A stretch of 64,000 nt of DNA from an uncultured delta proteobacterium (GTDB lineage Bacteria > Myxococcota_A > UBA9160 > SMWR01). Under the pieces are notes generated by a model. The model was not told where the DNA came from and ran no database searches. It saw only the letters and a list, made by a program, of their open reading frames with translations. Below are positions 63,210-64,000 of the stretch, piece by piece; the first letter of the stretch is position 1; every line of letters begins with the position of its first letter. Location: positions 256,001 through 320,000 of the forward strand of contig CAWHTE010000004.1 of the NCBI GenBank assembly GCA_963832165.1, given 5' to 3'. A program made the translations under genes and the position numbers.

Positions 63210-64000
63210 ATGCCGAATCCGTCGTGCATCTTCCTCGCCGCCACCAACGGCACCCTGCGCCGGCACGCGCTCCGCCTCGAGGCGGAGGGCACGATCGTGC
63301 TCGATCACGTGACCATCGACCCGTCGGAGCTCCTGGCGGCGGTGGGCGCGCAGTGCCCCGATCTCGTGGTCGCGGACCTCGGCGAAGATGCCGAGTCCGT
63401 CCTCGACATGCTCGACAAGCTGCCGACGCCGCGTCCGCGCCTGATCGTGATCGGGCCCAAGGAACACAGCGCCACGATCCTGCGCGCAATGCGCATGGGC
63501 GTGCGCGACTACTTCGATGCCGAGCCGTCCGAGGACGATCTGCGCAGCGCGATCCTGCGCGCGGCCGCGGAGCTGGCGCCGCGCGCGGCAGGAGGGGCCG
63601 AGAAGGCCCGCAGCCATCCTGCGCGCGTGGTGGCGGTGATGGGCGCGAAGGGCGGCGTCGGCGCGACCGTGGTCGCCTGCCAGCTCGCCGCGAGCCTGCG
63701 CGCGGGCGGCGCACGCACCGCCGTGGTCGACTTGAACCTGCCGCTCGGTGACGCGGCGCTCTACTTCGACATCCAGCCCAACTACACGCTCGCGAACATC
63801 GCGCGCGAGAGCGACCGCCTCGATGCGACCTACCTGCGCACGCTGCTCGCGGGCCGCCCGGACGGCGTGCAGATCCTGGCCTCGCCCGCGAACGCCGAGG
63901 ATGCGGAGCTCGTGCGCGGCGTGCACGTGGAGCGCGCGCTCACCGTGATGCGCGACGACTTCGACTGGGTGGTGCTCGACCTGTCGCGCACCTGGAGCGA
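63210..64000 (+). CDS. cpaE: CpaE/TadZ pilus assembly ATPase-like protein (partial)
   Basis: Hand translation from ATG 63210: receiver-like N-domain (DLVVADL, AMRMGVRDY), deviant Walker A GAKGGVGAT, VDLNLPLGD and FDWVVLDL. Confidence 0.88.
   Translation, partial: MPNPSCIFLAATNGTLRRHALRLEAEGTIVLDHVTIDPSELLAAVGAQCPDLVVADLGEDAESVLDMLDKLPTPRPRLIVIGPKEHSATILRAMRMGVRDYFDAEPSEDDLRSAILRAAAELAPRAAGGAEKARSHPARVVAVMGAKGGVGATVVACQLAASLRAGGARTAVVDLNLPLGDAALYFDIQPNYTLANIARESDRLDATYLRTLLAGRPDGVQILASPANAEDAELVRGVHVERALTVMRDDFDWVVLDLSRTWS

Overview
High-GC bacterial chromosomal window with about 48 genes. The gene content suggests a Myxococcota/deltaproteobacterial-type Gram-negative organism; this is inference only. 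(1) 1-26 kb is a cell-envelope region. It holds two PEP-CTERM-type proteins, each with a sigma-54 -24/-12 motif and a shared pair of GGAAA-N4-TTTCC-like boxes 21 bp apart. It also holds two paralogous GT-C-like membrane proteins bracketing a sulfotransferase and a TetR-luxE-luxC-like operon without luciferase, plus an OM beta-barrel candidate, a TonB-dependent receptor, a Thr-type sulfatase-family protein, TPR lipoproteins and a fused MFS/spermidine-synthase-like protein. (2) 26-42 kb has an amidohydrolase, a fused indolepyruvate oxidoreductase and a hopanoid operon (dxs-hpnD-fni-tetR-hpnC-hpnE-shc-hpnG-hpnH). The operon has a shortened DXS, an extra C-terminal domain on HpnH and a short repeat written into three gene junctions. 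(3) 42-57.5 kb has a CoA-transferase, three more fused MFS/SAM-transferase genes, a TPP enzyme, a 1-Cys peroxiredoxin followed by a ~365-nt rod-like imperfect palindrome, a thiolase-like/DUF35 pair, a PlsC-family acyltransferase and a MaoC dehydratase. (4) 57.9-64 kb is the start of a Flp/Tad pilus locus. Four single-base frame disruptions (TPR gene, dxs start, shc, tadE) most likely reflect sequencing errors. No tRNA, rRNA, CRISPR array or transposase was recognised. All calls come from reading motifs by eye; no searches were run.
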